Made by a program: the position numbers and the translations under genes. Below the pieces are notes generated by a model. That model did no database searches, was not told the origin of the DNA, and saw only the letters and a program-made list of their open reading frames with translations. 64,000 nucleotides of DNA from Acutalibacteraceae bacterium (GTDB taxonomy: Bacteria > Bacillota > Clostridia > Oscillospirales > Acutalibacteraceae), in NCBI GenBank assembly GCA_045133355.1, contig JBGUUB010000087.1:11970-75969 (forward strand). The letters run 5' to 3'. Below are positions 28,673 through 39,404 of this stretch, in pieces (within the stretch, counting starts at the first letter, position 1; each line of letters starts with the position of its first letter).

Positions 28673-29511
28673 ACATTTAGCTCCTTTTTGAAGGTATCCT
28701 CAAGTCCCAAATAAATTATGTTGCCGAGAATTGTCCTGTATTTTTTTATATCCAGCAGTTCAAATGCCCTGCCCGCCTCGTTTAAGCAGAAATAAAGCTG
28801 TGGAGTTGCCCTGTCTTTAGCGTATTTTTGAGGGTCTCCCTCAAGTGAAGCCTTTAAGCAGTTATATGAGCCGCTCTTAATATCCTCAGGCAGGTCGCAC
28901 GCCGCGTCCAAAATATAAATATATCTTCCGAGGCAGTAGCCCAAACGGTCAAGCACCCGTTTTTGTGTTAAGTCCTCACTGCAAAGCTGTAAAAGCGCGG
29001 AAAGGGCTTTGGCTGTAGGGTCGGCGGCTCTGTCAAGCTCGGCACAGTTTTCGTTTTCAAGAGCGGATTGCTCCGAAATATATTCGCTTATAATCTCCTC
29101 AACTTGTGGATAAATCCGCGCCGCCTTTTTGTGGGCGTGGGAAAAAAGCGGTTTAAGGGTAATATACCCTAATTTTTTTATGCCCTTTTCGTCCTCAATA
29201 TTATCGAGAAGCTTATAATAAACCATTATCATAGCCGCTGCCGCGGGCATTTTTATCTTTTCATCACTTTTACAATAATTGCATTTTTTCAGCGGATTGC
29301 AAGTGCATCTCTTCCGCTCAACCGCATCGCACCCGTCCGACAAAGACATATTAAGAAGTGCTAAAAAGGTGAAATCATAGCTTAGGGTAAATCGAGTCCA
29401 AATTCCGTACTCCTTACCTAAAGTTCGGCAAAGGGTGCAGTAGACCGCCTTGTAGGTCTCGTACTCCTTAATTTTAAGCTCGGGCTTTGCAATTCTGATA
29501 TATCCGAACAC
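28669..29511 (-). CDS. DUF5685-like Cys-rich protein
   Basis: The N-terminus [36 protein letters not shown] matches my memory of the DUF5685 family. Further CxC-x5-CxxC cluster. 4-nt overlap with the J-domain gene. GTG start. Confidence 0.7.
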   Translation of the reverse strand: MFGYIRIAKPELKIKEYETYKAVYCTLCRTLGKEYGIWTRFTLSYDFTFLALLNMSLSDGCDAVERKRCTCNPLKKCNYCKSDEKIKMPAAAAMIMVYYKLLDNIEDEKGIKKLGYITLKPLFSHAHKKAARIYPQVEEIISEYISEQSALENENCAELDRAADPTAKALSALLQLCSEDLTQKRVLDRLGYCLGRYIYILDAACDLPEDIKSGSYNCLKASLEGDPQKYAKDRATPQLYFCLNEAGRAFELLDIKKYRTILGNIIYLGLEDTFKKELNV

Positions 29512-29631
29512 CTTTTAGCCTCACCTCGTTTACATTTTACATATATTTTATGACAAATGGTGAATAATGTGTAAATTATATTAAGCACAGCGAATTTACC
29601 TATTATTAAGTGTAAAATATCGTATAAAACA

Positions 29632-29660
29632 TTGACAAAAGCAACTTAAAAAAATATAAT
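29632..29660 (+). promoter_or_regulatory. consensus promoter TTGACA-17-TATAAT upstream of the GH25 gene
   Basis: -35 at 29632-29637, -10 at 29655-29660. GGAGG precedes the TTG start at 29694. Confidence 0.55.
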
Positions 29661-29693
29661 ATACAGGTCGTAAAAATCCACGGAGGAATTAAA

Positions 29694-31340
29694 TTGAAAA
29701 AATTTTTAGAATTTTTCTTATTACATAAAGCAATATTGATATCGGCATTAGTCTCTGCTATTGTCATTGCTTCTATTACAGCAGTTGTTTTTACTAAAAA
29801 CAATCACAATCAAGAAAAAACTATGTCGCCTATACCAAGTGACACCGAAACGGTATCATCTGATATCAACTCCGATTCTGGCGCCGTGTCGGAAATTGAG
29901 GAGATTTCATCGGTTGTAAGTGAGGATATTAACAGTATACCCAAAGAAAAAACAGAAATTAAACCTTCAACGGGAAGTGTTCTTACCGCACCCGAATTTA
30001 GTTATAAGCCCGAAGAGGATACCTCAAACGAGGAGGTTAACCCTGATAAATTTGCCCCACAAAAGCCTTCCGTTTCCAATACCGTCAATCCGGATGTTAA
30101 AAAAGTAGAAGCCACCGATAACGATGTTAATGTGAGAGTCGATGCAGGAACGAGCTTCAATTCGATAGGCAAGGTTAAAAAAGGTGAGGTATTTGATTAT
30201 TTAGGAGAAAAAATCGGTACTGACAATATGATTTGGTATAATATCAGCGGCAATATAGGCGGAAAGCATAAAAGCGGTTATATCCGTTCGGATTATGCAA
30301 AGTATGTAGAAGAAGCTGCCGAAGCTCCGTCTCCTGCCGATAATTATAGATTTGAACAAAGGGACGGTAAAACCTATTGCTACAAAAATGACCAACTTTT
30401 GAAAGGCTATGCCGATGTTAACGGACTCAGATATTATTTTAATAAGCAAACGGGTGCTAAAGAGTCTTACACTTGCATAGATGTTTCAAGATATCAAAAA
30501 AACATTAATTGGAGCAATGTTAAAGCGGCAGGCATTGAGTACGCTATCATAAGAGTAGGCTTCAGAGGATATGAAACCGGCAGATTAAATATTGATCCTT
30601 ATTTTGAACAAAATATTATAGGGGCAAAAGCAGCGGGAATAAAATGCGGAGTTTATTTTTATTCGGTTGCCAAAGACATAGCGGAAGCGATTGAGGAAGC
30701 AAACTTTGTGCTAAATGCCATTAAAGATTACGACCTTGATTTACCCATCGCCATTGATATTGAGCACTACAGTGATAGAGTAATAAATCTTACTGCCGTT
30801 CAAAGAACGGATAATGCCATAGCCTTTATGGAAACAATAAAGCAGGCCGGCCGCAAAACAATGCTTTATACCTACTATAATTTTTATAATAATCATCTTC
30901 AAAAATCAAGACTTTTGAATTATACCCTTTGGATGGCATATTACACCGATAACAATAGTTTATTAAGCGATATAGTTTATGACGGTTGGCAATATGCAAG
31001 CGATGGCAATGTTCACGGCGTTGACGGCAGATGCGATATGAATCTCATATTTAAATCTATGATAAGCGGAAACAAACAGGATAATCCTCTTTTAAAGAAA
31101 GAAGAAAAGCCTCCCGAAACAAGCAACGCTGACACTTCATCAACAGACAGCGAAGATTCTTCATCAACAGACAGCGAGAATGCATCCTCGTCAAGCAGTG
31201 AAACAACATCAGAAAACAGCAGTGTGACATCATCCTCGTCAAGCAGCGAAGTCACATCTTCGGAAAACAGTGAAACCTCAAGCGAAAACAACGGTGTAAC
31301 ATCATCTGAAAACACTGTTACAACTCCACAAAACAATTAA
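29694..31340 (+). CDS. membrane-anchored GH25 muramidase with an SH3-like domain and a Ser-rich tail
   Basis: N-terminal TM anchor, SH3b-like segment (VNVRVDAGTSFNSIGKVKKGEVF), GH25 core (IDVSRYQKNINW...AIIRVGFRGY...GVYFYS), Ser/Thr/Glu-rich C-terminus. Confidence 0.85.
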   Translation: MKKFLEFFLLHKAILISALVSAIVIASITAVVFTKNNHNQEKTMSPIPSDTETVSSDINSDSGAVSEIEEISSVVSEDINSIPKEKTEIKPSTGSVLTAPEFSYKPEEDTSNEEVNPDKFAPQKPSVSNTVNPDVKKVEATDNDVNVRVDAGTSFNSIGKVKKGEVFDYLGEKIGTDNMIWYNISGNIGGKHKSGYIRSDYAKYVEEAAEAPSPADNYRFEQRDGKTYCYKNDQLLKGYADVNGLRYYFNKQTGAKESYTCIDVSRYQKNINWSNVKAAGIEYAIIRVGFRGYETGRLNIDPYFEQNIIGAKAAGIKCGVYFYSVAKDIAEAIEEANFVLNAIKDYDLDLPIAIDIEHYSDRVINLTAVQRTDNAIAFMETIKQAGRKTMLYTYYNFYNNHLQKSRLLNYTLWMAYYTDNNSLLSDIVYDGWQYASDGNVHGVDGRCDMNLIFKSMISGNKQDNPLLKKEEKPPETSNADTSSTDSEDSSSTDSENASSSSSETTSENSSVTSSSSSSEVTSSENSETSSENNGVTSSENTVTTPQNN

Positions 31341-31358
31341 AACCGCCTTAGGCGGTTT
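31340..31358. terminator. bidirectional terminator between the GH25 gene and uvrA
   Basis: AAACCGCC ttag GGCGGTTT stem with flanking A/T runs. Confidence 0.7.
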
Positions 31359-31363
31359 TAATT

Positions 31364-34201
31364 TTACAGCAATTTCTTAAGAAATTTTCCCGTGTAGGAC
31401 TTTTCACAAGCGGCAATTTTCTCGGGTGTACCTGTGCAGACCACCGTACCTCCCTTATCTCCCCCTTCGGGACCTAAGTCTATAATATGGTCGGCGGTTT
31501 TAATAACATCGAGGTTATGCTCAATTACAAGCACGGTATTACCTGCGTCCACAAACCGCTGTAAAACCTCTATAAGCTTGTGAACATCGGCTGTGTGAAG
31601 TCCCGTTGTAGGCTCATCTAAAATATAAATCGTCTTGCCCGTGCCCCGCTTTGAAAGCTCGGCTGCAAGCTTTACACGCTGTGCCTCGCCGCCCGAAAGG
31701 GTTGTGGCGGGCTGACCGATTTTAATATAACCGAGTCCCACATCAAATAGGGTTTTAAGCTTGCGGTGGATTTTCGGTATGCTTTCAAAAAAGGTCATAC
31801 CCTCCTCAACCGTCATTTCCAGCACATCGTAAATGCTCTTTCCCTTGTACTTTACATTAAGGGTCTCGCGGTTGTAGCGCTTGCCGCCGCAAACCTCACA
31901 GGGTACATAAATATCGGGAAGAAAGTGCATTTCAATCTTTAAAATACCGTCGCCCTGACACGCCTCGCACCGTCCGCCCTTAACATTAAAGGAGAAACGC
32001 CCAGCGGTATAGCCCTGCATTTTCGCGTCCTTTGTAGAGGCGAAAAGCTCGCGTATATCCCCGAAAACCCCAGTATAGGTCGCGGGGTTGGAGCGCGGAG
32101 TTCTGCCTATGGGCGCTTGGTCAATATTTATAACCTTGTCAAGATTTTCTATGCCCTCAAAGGATTTATACGCACCGGGCACGGTTTTCGCCTTGTTAAG
32201 CTTGTTCGCCAGCACCTTATATACAATATCGTTTACAAAGGATGACTTACCGCTCCCCGATACCCCCGTCACACAGACAAAGGTGCCGAGCGGTATTTTA
32301 ACATTTATTTTTTTAAGATTATTTTCCGCCGCGCCCTTAATTTCAAGAAATGTCCCGTTTCCCTTACGCCTGTTTTCAGGTACGGGGATTTTTTTTCTTC
32401 CGGTTAAATAGTCCGAGGTTATGGACTCAGTGCACTCACAAAGCTCGGGCACACTTCCCGAAAATACTATATTTCCGCCGTGTATGCCCGCCCCCGGGCC
32501 AACATCTACAATATAATCGGCGGCGCGCATTGTGTCCTCATCGTGCTCAACCACAATAACGGTATTACCAAGGTCGCGCAAGCGCTTTAGGGTGGCGATA
32601 AGGCGGTCGTTATCCCGCTGGTGAAGACCTATGCTGGGCTCGTCAAGAATATAAAGTACACCCATTAGCGAAGAGCCAATCTGCGTAGCAAGCCGTATTC
32701 TCTGGCTCTCGCCGCCCGACAGCGTACCCGATGAGCGGGATAGGTTAAGGTATTCAAGTCCCACGCTTTTAAGGAAGGTTAAGCGCTCGCGGATTTCCTT
32801 TATAATCGGTTTGGATATCATACTGTCCCTTGCTCCGAATTCAAGGGAGTTTATAAATTCAAGCTCGTCCGTGACCGACATATCGCAGAATTCCATAATA
32901 TTTTTGCCGCCCACAGTGACTGCTAAATACTCGGGTTTAAGTCTTCTGCCGTGGCAGTCGGGACAGGGGCGCTCGGTCATATAGCTTTCAATCTCGGCGC
33001 GGGCGTAGTCGCTTGAGGTTTCCTTATAACGGCGCTCAAGGTTATTAATAATCCCCTCAAACGGTGCTTCATAACTGCCGCCGCCTAAGGTATTGCCCCT
33101 TTTAAGCTTAAGCTTAGTACTGCCCGTTCCGTAGAGAACGGCGTGCTTAACCTCATCGGATAAATCCTTGTAGGGGGTGTTAATATCAAAGCCGTAATGC
33201 TCGGCAAGTCCGTTATAATACATTGTAGCTATTGTTCCCGCGTCGGGGTAAAACCAGGAGTTAACACCCCAGCCCGAGGCTCTTATAGCGCCGTCTACAA
33301 GTGACTTGCTTTCATCGTTAATCACAAGCCTTGGGTCAACCTTCATAAAAATACCGAGCCCCGTACAGGTAGGGCAAGCGCCGAATGGGCTGTTAAAGGA
33401 AAACATTGTCGGTGTAAGCTCGGGTATGCTTATGCCGTGCTCGTCACAGGCAAAGCTTTGGGAGAACTGCAACTCCTCCCCGCCTATGACATCAACCGCG
33501 ATAAGACCGCCCGAAATGCCCGCGGCGGTCTCTATACTGCCCGCAAGGCGGGAGCGAATTTCGTCCTTAACCACAAGGCGGTCAACGACAATTTCAATCA
33601 TATGCTTTTTATTTTTTTCGAGCTTTATTTCTTCTGACAGGTCATACATATTGCCGTCTATCCGAACGCGAACATAGCCCTGCTTTCTCGCGTGCTCAAG
33701 CTCCTTTGTGTGCTCGCCCTTTCTGCCCTTTACAACCGGGGACAAAACCTGAATTTTACTGCCCTCGGGAAGCGCCATAACCCTGTCCACAATCTGGTCG
33801 GTGGTCTGCTGGCTTATTTCCTTACCGCAGACAGGGCAATGAGGAACGCCTACCCTCGCGTAAAGCAGGCGCAGATAATCGTATATTTCTGTGACAGTTC
33901 CAACTGTAGAACGCGGATTTTTCGAGGTGGTTTTCTGGTCAATGGAAATAGCGGGAGAAAGTCCCTCTATTGTCTCAACATTCGGCTTTTCCATCTGACC
34001 TAAAAACTGCCTTGCGTAGGAGGAAAGGGACTCCACATACCGTCTTTGCCCCTCGGCGTATATCGTATCAAACGCAAGGGAGGATTTTCCGCTTCCCGAA
34101 AGACCCGTGAAAACTATAAGCTTGTCTCTCGGTATTTCAACATCAACATTTTTTAAATTATGCTCGCACGCGCCCTTGATTATTATTTTATCGTTAGCCA
34201 T
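31364..34201 (-). CDS. uvrA: excinuclease ABC subunit A
   Basis: 945 aa. Two ABC modules ([18 protein letters not shown]), zinc-finger Cys pairs, LSGGE signatures. Confidence 0.98.
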   Translation of the reverse strand: MANDKIIIKGACEHNLKNVDVEIPRDKLIVFTGLSGSGKSSLAFDTIYAEGQRRYVESLSSYARQFLGQMEKPNVETIEGLSPAISIDQKTTSKNPRSTVGTVTEIYDYLRLLYARVGVPHCPVCGKEISQQTTDQIVDRVMALPEGSKIQVLSPVVKGRKGEHTKELEHARKQGYVRVRIDGNMYDLSEEIKLEKNKKHMIEIVVDRLVVKDEIRSRLAGSIETAAGISGGLIAVDVIGGEELQFSQSFACDEHGISIPELTPTMFSFNSPFGACPTCTGLGIFMKVDPRLVINDESKSLVDGAIRASGWGVNSWFYPDAGTIATMYYNGLAEHYGFDINTPYKDLSDEVKHAVLYGTGSTKLKLKRGNTLGGGSYEAPFEGIINNLERRYKETSSDYARAEIESYMTERPCPDCHGRRLKPEYLAVTVGGKNIMEFCDMSVTDELEFINSLEFGARDSMISKPIIKEIRERLTFLKSVGLEYLNLSRSSGTLSGGESQRIRLATQIGSSLMGVLYILDEPSIGLHQRDNDRLIATLKRLRDLGNTVIVVEHDEDTMRAADYIVDVGPGAGIHGGNIVFSGSVPELCECTESITSDYLTGRKKIPVPENRRKGNGTFLEIKGAAENNLKKINVKIPLGTFVCVTGVSGSGKSSFVNDIVYKVLANKLNKAKTVPGAYKSFEGIENLDKVINIDQAPIGRTPRSNPATYTGVFGDIRELFASTKDAKMQGYTAGRFSFNVKGGRCEACQGDGILKIEMHFLPDIYVPCEVCGGKRYNRETLNVKYKGKSIYDVLEMTVEEGMTFFESIPKIHRKLKTLFDVGLGYIKIGQPATTLSGGEAQRVKLAAELSKRGTGKTIYILDEPTTGLHTADVHKLIEVLQRFVDAGNTVLVIEHNLDVIKTADHIIDLGPEGGDKGGTVVCTGTPEKIAACEKSYTGKFLKKLL

Positions 34202-36162
34202 TATTTACCTTCTCTGAGTTTATTGATTTTATCACGCAGATAAGCCGCGTGTTCAAATTCAAGTATCTTCGCCGCCTGCTTCATTTCGTTAGTAAGGCGT
34301 TTTATCTCCGCCTCGCGCTCTAATTTCGACATCTTTGAAACAGGCTTGTCATTTTTAACCTTTGTGCCGATTTCAATAATATCACGGATATCCTTAATAA
34401 CCGTTTTAGGTGTGATTCCGTGCTCCTCGTTATAGCGGTTCTGTATCGCTCTGCGGCGCTCGGTTTCGGTAATCGCGCGTTCCATTGAGGGCGTTATACT
34501 GTCGGCATACATTATAACCTCGCCATCGGCATTTCTTGCGGCTCTGCCTACGGTCTGCACAAGTGAGGTCTCGCTTCTTAAGAAGCCCTCCTTGTCGGCG
34601 TCCAGTATAGCAACCAGCGATACCTCGGGAATATCCAGACCCTCGCGCAAAAGGTTAATTCCCACAAGTACATCAAATTCACCCAAGCGCAAATCGCGGA
34701 TAATCTCCATTCGCTCCATTGTGTCAATATCGTAGTGCATATACCGCACCTTTATCGACAGGTCGTTTAAATAATCGGTCAAATCCTCCGCCATTTTCTT
34801 TGTAAGGGTGGTGATAAGCACCCTTTCCTTACGGGCGACTCGGATATTGATTTCGGACACCAAATCATCAATCTGCCCGTCACTTGGTCGAACGGTAATT
34901 TTCGGGTCCAGAAGCCCTGTCGGGCGGATAACCTGCTCGACAATCTGCGCCGCGTGGTCTTTTTCAAATTCACCCGGTGTTGCCGAAACGAAAACCGCCT
35001 GATTTACATGGTTGTAAAACTCCTCAAAATTTAGAGGGCGGTTATCGAAGGCAGAGGGAAGCCTGAAGCCGTACTGCACAAGATTTTCCTTTCTGGCTCG
35101 GTCGCCGCCGTACATACCCCGCACCTGCGGAAGCGTTACATGAGACTCGTCCACAAAAAGCAGATAATCATCGGGAAAATAGTCAAGCAAGGTAGACGGG
35201 ACACTCCCGGGCTTTCTGCGTGAGAGTACGCGTGAATAGTTTTCAACCCCTTTGCAGGTGCCTATCTCCTTTAGCATTTCCATATCGTACTCGGTACGCT
35301 GTCTTATTCTCTGCGCCTCAATAAGCTGTCCGTTTTCGGTAAAAAATTTTACCCGTTCTTCAAGCTCGTCCTTAATTTCTTTGAGCGCGTCTTCAAGCTT
35401 TTCGTTAGATACAATATAGTGTGATGCGGGATAAATCGCCGCGTGGGACAAATGTGCCTTGACCTCGCCCGTCACGGTGTTGATTTCACTTATTCTGTCA
35501 ATTTCGTCCCCGAAAAACTCCACCCTTATTGCGTTTTCATAAGAATTTGCGGGGTAAATCTCGACCGTATCTCCCCTGACTCTGAATTTATTACGCACAA
35601 AATTAATATCGTTGCGCTCATACTGCAAATCAACAAGCTTGTGCAAAAGGTCATCACGTTTTTTCTCCATTCCGACCCTGAGAGAAATCACCATATTTTT
35701 ATAATCAATAGGGTTACCTAACGAATAAATACAGGAAACCGACGCTACGATAATAACATCCCGCCGCTCCGAAAGCGCACAGGTGGCGGAATGGCGAAGC
35801 TTATCTATCTCGTCATTAATAGCGGAATCCTTTTCAATATAGGTATCGCTCCCGGGGATATAAGCCTCGGGTTGGTAATAGTCGTAGTAGGAAACAAAAT
35901 ATTCAACCGCGTTTTCGGGGAAGAATTCTCTGAACTCACTGCAAAGTTGTGCGGCGAGGGTTTTGTTGTGGGCTAAAACGAGGGTCGGGCGGTTGACATT
36001 AGCGATAATATTCGCCATTGTAAAGGTCTTGCCCGAACCCGTAACACCCAGTAAAACCTGCTCTGTTAAGCCATTTTCGACCCCTTCGGTCAATCTTGCT
36101 ATAGCCTCAGGCTGGTCGCCTGTGGGCTTGTAATTGGAATGTAAAATAAACTTATCAGGCAC
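34201..36162 (-). CDS. uvrB: excinuclease ABC subunit B
   Basis: 653 aa. GVTGSGKT Walker A, DESH box, helicase motif VI, C-terminal UVR domain. Confidence 0.98.
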   Translation of the reverse strand: MPDKFILHSNYKPTGDQPEAIARLTEGVENGLTEQVLLGVTGSGKTFTMANIIANVNRPTLVLAHNKTLAAQLCSEFREFFPENAVEYFVSYYDYYQPEAYIPGSDTYIEKDSAINDEIDKLRHSATCALSERRDVIIVASVSCIYSLGNPIDYKNMVISLRVGMEKKRDDLLHKLVDLQYERNDINFVRNKFRVRGDTVEIYPANSYENAIRVEFFGDEIDRISEINTVTGEVKAHLSHAAIYPASHYIVSNEKLEDALKEIKDELEERVKFFTENGQLIEAQRIRQRTEYDMEMLKEIGTCKGVENYSRVLSRRKPGSVPSTLLDYFPDDYLLFVDESHVTLPQVRGMYGGDRARKENLVQYGFRLPSAFDNRPLNFEEFYNHVNQAVFVSATPGEFEKDHAAQIVEQVIRPTGLLDPKITVRPSDGQIDDLVSEINIRVARKERVLITTLTKKMAEDLTDYLNDLSIKVRYMHYDIDTMERMEIIRDLRLGEFDVLVGINLLREGLDIPEVSLVAILDADKEGFLRSETSLVQTVGRAARNADGEVIMYADSITPSMERAITETERRRAIQNRYNEEHGITPKTVIKDIRDIIEIGTKVKNDKPVSKMSKLEREAEIKRLTNEMKQAAKILEFEHAAYLRDKINKLREGK

Positions 36163-36209
36163 ATTCTCATCTCCCTCAATATGATTAATATAGGCCGGAC
36201 CCGCAGTAA

Positions 36210-36275
36210 AAATTCGTGTAATAATTTCTTTAAAATAACTAAAAAAATGTGTCCTATATGGAATTACACGAATTT
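36210..36275. repeat. 13-bp perfect inverted repeat AAATTCGTGTAAT / ATTACACGAATTT separated by 40 bp
   Basis: Arms at 36210-36222 and 36263-36275, in the uvrB upstream region at the junction with the integrase module. Confidence 0.6.
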
Positions 36276-36383
36276 AGGTCACAAATTTATTATTTCAGAG
36301 AAAAATAAAACTCCGTAACACATCGTAAAAAGCCATAAAGAATTACAATATATTATAACACCAAAAGCTTAAAATGTAAACAC

Positions 36384-36416
36384 TTAATGGGCAGCGTTCA
36401 ACACACTGCCCATTAA
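36384..36416 (-). terminator. hairpin downstream of the distal integrase gene
   Basis: TTAATGGGCAG / CTGCCCATTAA stem directly after the stop at 36424. Weak U-tract. Confidence 0.45.
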
Positions 36417-36423
36417 TATATCT

Positions 36424-37710
36424 TTATGCTGTTAAACTGCAAAACACGGCGGTTATATCAACATCACTATGGTCGAATACCTTTTCCGTCTCATTAAAAT
36501 TAACCGGCTTTTCCGGTATCACTTCTTCCATATATTCTTTCAGCTCGGCAACTCCGTCCGTAATGATTTCCCGGTTATCAACATAAATATCTGCCGTAAC
36601 GATTTCTTTTGCGTGACCGAGTATTTTTGAAATTGCCTTTAAGTTGAAATCGTTTTTCATAAGAAGCGTTGCATAACTGTGTCGCAAATCGTGCCATCTT
36701 ATATTAGGCAAACCGCTTTTTTTCAGAACTTCTTTAAAAGGTTCAAAATGATATTGCATACTGCGCGGTCGACCGTAGCTCGAACAGCATATATAATTCA
36801 GGTCTTGAAATTTTTTGCTTCTTCTGTTTTTATTTTTCTCATATTGGTTTCGGGACCTTAATATCTCCTCAAAAACAAAATCCGGTATATCAAGCACTCT
36901 GTCGCTGGATTGTGTTTTCAGTTTAATCTCCTGTTTAGTCTTTGTTTTAGGAGCAAATATAACATCATCTGAATTTGCCGCTCTGCCCAATTGCCTTGCA
37001 ACATGAAGCTTTTGTCGCACAAAATCAACATCGCTGTATTTCAGCCCATTAATTTCACCTCTTCTCAAGCCCATAAGCACCGCGAAAAGCACCTGCATAT
37101 AAATCCCGGTACCTCGGCTTGCATTTATCAGTATAACGATTTGCTCTAAATTCAGCGTGTTGCTTTCCTTTATCAATCTTGTATGATAAGCATTTTTCGC
37201 CACATTTTTAGGCAATGGGATGTCCGCCGCAGGGCTTTCGGAAATCAACCCTTTGTTTACTGCATATCTCATAGATGTGTTCATTATATTTTTGACGATT
37301 TGTGCCATCCTGTGCGACTTTTCCGCAATAGCAATATACATATTTTTTATGTGTACTCGCATAAGGTCTGTCAAGTACATTTTGCCTAAAATCGGCAGAA
37401 TATGATTTTTTATTGCATTTTTATAGGAAGAATAGGTGTTGGCTGTTGTCCTAGGCTTTATATCTGTTTCAAGCCATTCCGTTAGAAAGCTTGATACCGA
37501 TTGCTTTTTCTGAACGATAAATGTCTTCGTAACAAGCTGTGCGATTATCTTTTCTTTTTCGCTGTTTGCGTCTTTTTTAGAGTCAAAGCCTGAAAACTGC
37601 CGTATTTCTTCTGTCCCGTCATCAAAACGCAACAACACTCGAAAACCATACTTGTTTTTAACCTTTATTATATTATAGACATTATGTTCGGCTATGTTTT
37701 TCATCTCCAT
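36424..37710 (-). CDS. tyrosine site-specific recombinase (integrase), distal copy
   Basis: 428 aa. Arm-binding-like N-terminus, catalytic residues in context (GLRRGE, WHDLRHSYAT, LGHAKEIVTADIY). Confidence 0.9.
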   Translation of the reverse strand: MEMKNIAEHNVYNIIKVKNKYGFRVLLRFDDGTEEIRQFSGFDSKKDANSEKEKIIAQLVTKTFIVQKKQSVSSFLTEWLETDIKPRTTANTYSSYKNAIKNHILPILGKMYLTDLMRVHIKNMYIAIAEKSHRMAQIVKNIMNTSMRYAVNKGLISESPAADIPLPKNVAKNAYHTRLIKESNTLNLEQIVILINASRGTGIYMQVLFAVLMGLRRGEINGLKYSDVDFVRQKLHVARQLGRAANSDDVIFAPKTKTKQEIKLKTQSSDRVLDIPDFVFEEILRSRNQYEKNKNRRSKKFQDLNYICCSSYGRPRSMQYHFEPFKEVLKKSGLPNIRWHDLRHSYATLLMKNDFNLKAISKILGHAKEIVTADIYVDNREIITDGVAELKEYMEEVIPEKPVNFNETEKVFDHSDVDITAVFCSLTA

Positions 37711-38936
37711 CAGTCAGCTTCCTCCTCGGGAATAAATGTGTTATCCATGAACGCTTTAATGTTATTGCTTTCATCGGATATGTCGCAATAGTATTCAAAG
37801 GTCGTGTTTATTGAACTATGCCCCAATAATGCAGATATTTTTGATAGGCTCGCACCATTTTCAATCAGTATAGTAGCATACATATGTCGCAATCCATGAA
37901 CTGTTATCGAAGGAAGAGCGGATTTTTTGCAGAGTTTATTCAACGCAATATTAAAAGCACTCATACTGTGCGGATTTCCGTTTTCCTGGCAGCTTATATA
38001 ATCAAAATCATTATACTTGTCCTTAAACTTCGCCTTGTTATTTTCTATCCGTTCTTTTCGGTATTTCAGCTCGTCGATGATCACTTTCGGGACTCGTAGC
38101 TTACGAAGACTGTTAGGAGTTTTCGGAGGTCTTTCGGTCAATTCATATTTCAAGATTTTACTTCCGCTGCCGGAAGGGATTATCGGATTTGCGGTAAGCT
38201 GACGTTTGATTGTAACTGTTTCATCTTCTAAATTAAAATCCTCAAACCTTAATCCTAAAATTTCACCTTTTCTAAGTCCGCAAAACAGCGCCAGCAAAAT
38301 TTCCAAATACCATGAATTATCTTTGGCATACAGTAGGAATTGCTTAACCTGCGCCTTGTTATATATAGTGATATTCGGCTTGTTTCGCTTATAAGGTTTT
38401 GTTGAGGGCATCGGATTAGATTTAATATATCCCTCTACAAGCGCATGATTAAAAGCAATACTTAATACTTCGCGGCATTTGTTGCCGGCTGTCGGCGAAC
38501 TAAGGGAGCACTGACGCAGTAGAGCGTCCAGATAATCAACATTTACAAGCGTAAGCTTTATCTCATTTTGAATGTTTGGCAGAATAATATCATATATCAT
38601 ATGCGCCATAACCATTCTTGTTGTGTTTTGAACATTCGGAGAAAATTCATCTTCAAACCAAACTTTTAGATAATCGCCAAGAGTAATCGTACCAGAGTTT
38701 TTAACTTCTCTTGACATACGGCTTTTTTCAAATGCTTCAAGGCATTTCCAATAGTTTTCCTCAGCTTCTTTTTGCGAGGCAAATCCGCCTTTCTTGCCAT
38801 ATTTTATTTTACCTGTATCATCAAGCGTTTTTGTCCGGTGATACCATGAACCGCGTTCAAAAAAAGCCACGCTGTGCTTCTTGGGTTTGCGATTGGAAAT
38901 GCTTTCTTTAAGTTTGTAATTCTCATAAGACTTCAT
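37710..38936 (-). CDS. tyrosine site-specific recombinase (integrase), proximal copy
   Basis: 408 aa. Arm-binding-like N-terminus (GSWYHRTKTLDDTGKIKYGKKGGFASQKEAE), GLRKGE, VHGLRHMYAT, LGHSSINTTFEYY. Its stop overlaps the next int start by 1 nt. Confidence 0.9.
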   Translation of the reverse strand: MKSYENYKLKESISNRKPKKHSVAFFERGSWYHRTKTLDDTGKIKYGKKGGFASQKEAEENYWKCLEAFEKSRMSREVKNSGTITLGDYLKVWFEDEFSPNVQNTTRMVMAHMIYDIILPNIQNEIKLTLVNVDYLDALLRQCSLSSPTAGNKCREVLSIAFNHALVEGYIKSNPMPSTKPYKRNKPNITIYNKAQVKQFLLYAKDNSWYLEILLALFCGLRKGEILGLRFEDFNLEDETVTIKRQLTANPIIPSGSGSKILKYELTERPPKTPNSLRKLRVPKVIIDELKYRKERIENNKAKFKDKYNDFDYISCQENGNPHSMSAFNIALNKLCKKSALPSITVHGLRHMYATILIENGASLSKISALLGHSSINTTFEYYCDISDESNNIKAFMDNTFIPEEEAD

Positions 38937-39163
38937 ATATCTTCACCTCTTCCGTTTAACCAATTGTCAAAAGATACTTTCGGTACTCGAATCACTTTTC
39001 CAAATTTCAGCACCCTAAAAGGTTTTCGTTCCTTATATACTTTGTCAAGAAAAGAATAGGTGCTGTTTCTTCCGAGTGACAACATCATTTGAATATCTTC
39101 GACATTATAGACCATTTTTTCGGTTTCACTATTTAACGAAGCCTCTTCGTTGAACACATTCAT
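38933..39163 (-). CDS. excisionase-type helix-turn-helix DNA-binding protein
   Basis: YNVEDIQMMLSLGRNSTYSFLDK...FRVLKFGKVIRVPKVSFDNWL is Xis/MerR-like HTH_17 in character. 4-nt overlap with int. The ATG at 39163 is preferred over the TTG at 39190. Confidence 0.7.
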   Translation of the reverse strand: MNVFNEEASLNSETEKMVYNVEDIQMMLSLGRNSTYSFLDKVYKERKPFRVLKFGKVIRVPKVSFDNWLNGRGEDI

Positions 39164-39186
39164 CTTATTACACCCCACCCTTTTCT

Positions 39187-39375
39187 TCAATTATGTGATT
39201 TTTTAATTCGCACACTTGACAAATCATTTTCTTCTATCTCATAATCATAACCAAGCCGAACCTGACAATAACAACAGGGTTCTTTTGTAATTTGAGAATA
39301 GTTGGCTCGCCGAACTTTTATATGAGATTTATTGCTAAAATCGCTTAAACATTTATAACATAGCGTCAACATCAT
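39187..39375 (-). CDS. small Cys-rich (putative zinc-binding) protein
   Basis: 62 aa with CYKC ... CCYC. Occupies the position of the small ORF between the sigma-like gene and xis in Tn916-type modules. Confidence 0.45.
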   Translation of the reverse strand: MMLTLCYKCLSDFSNKSHIKVRRANYSQITKEPCCYCQVRLGYDYEIEENDLSSVRIKKSHN

Positions 39376-39404
39376 ATTGATTTTTCATTCCTTTCAACAG
39401 TTCT

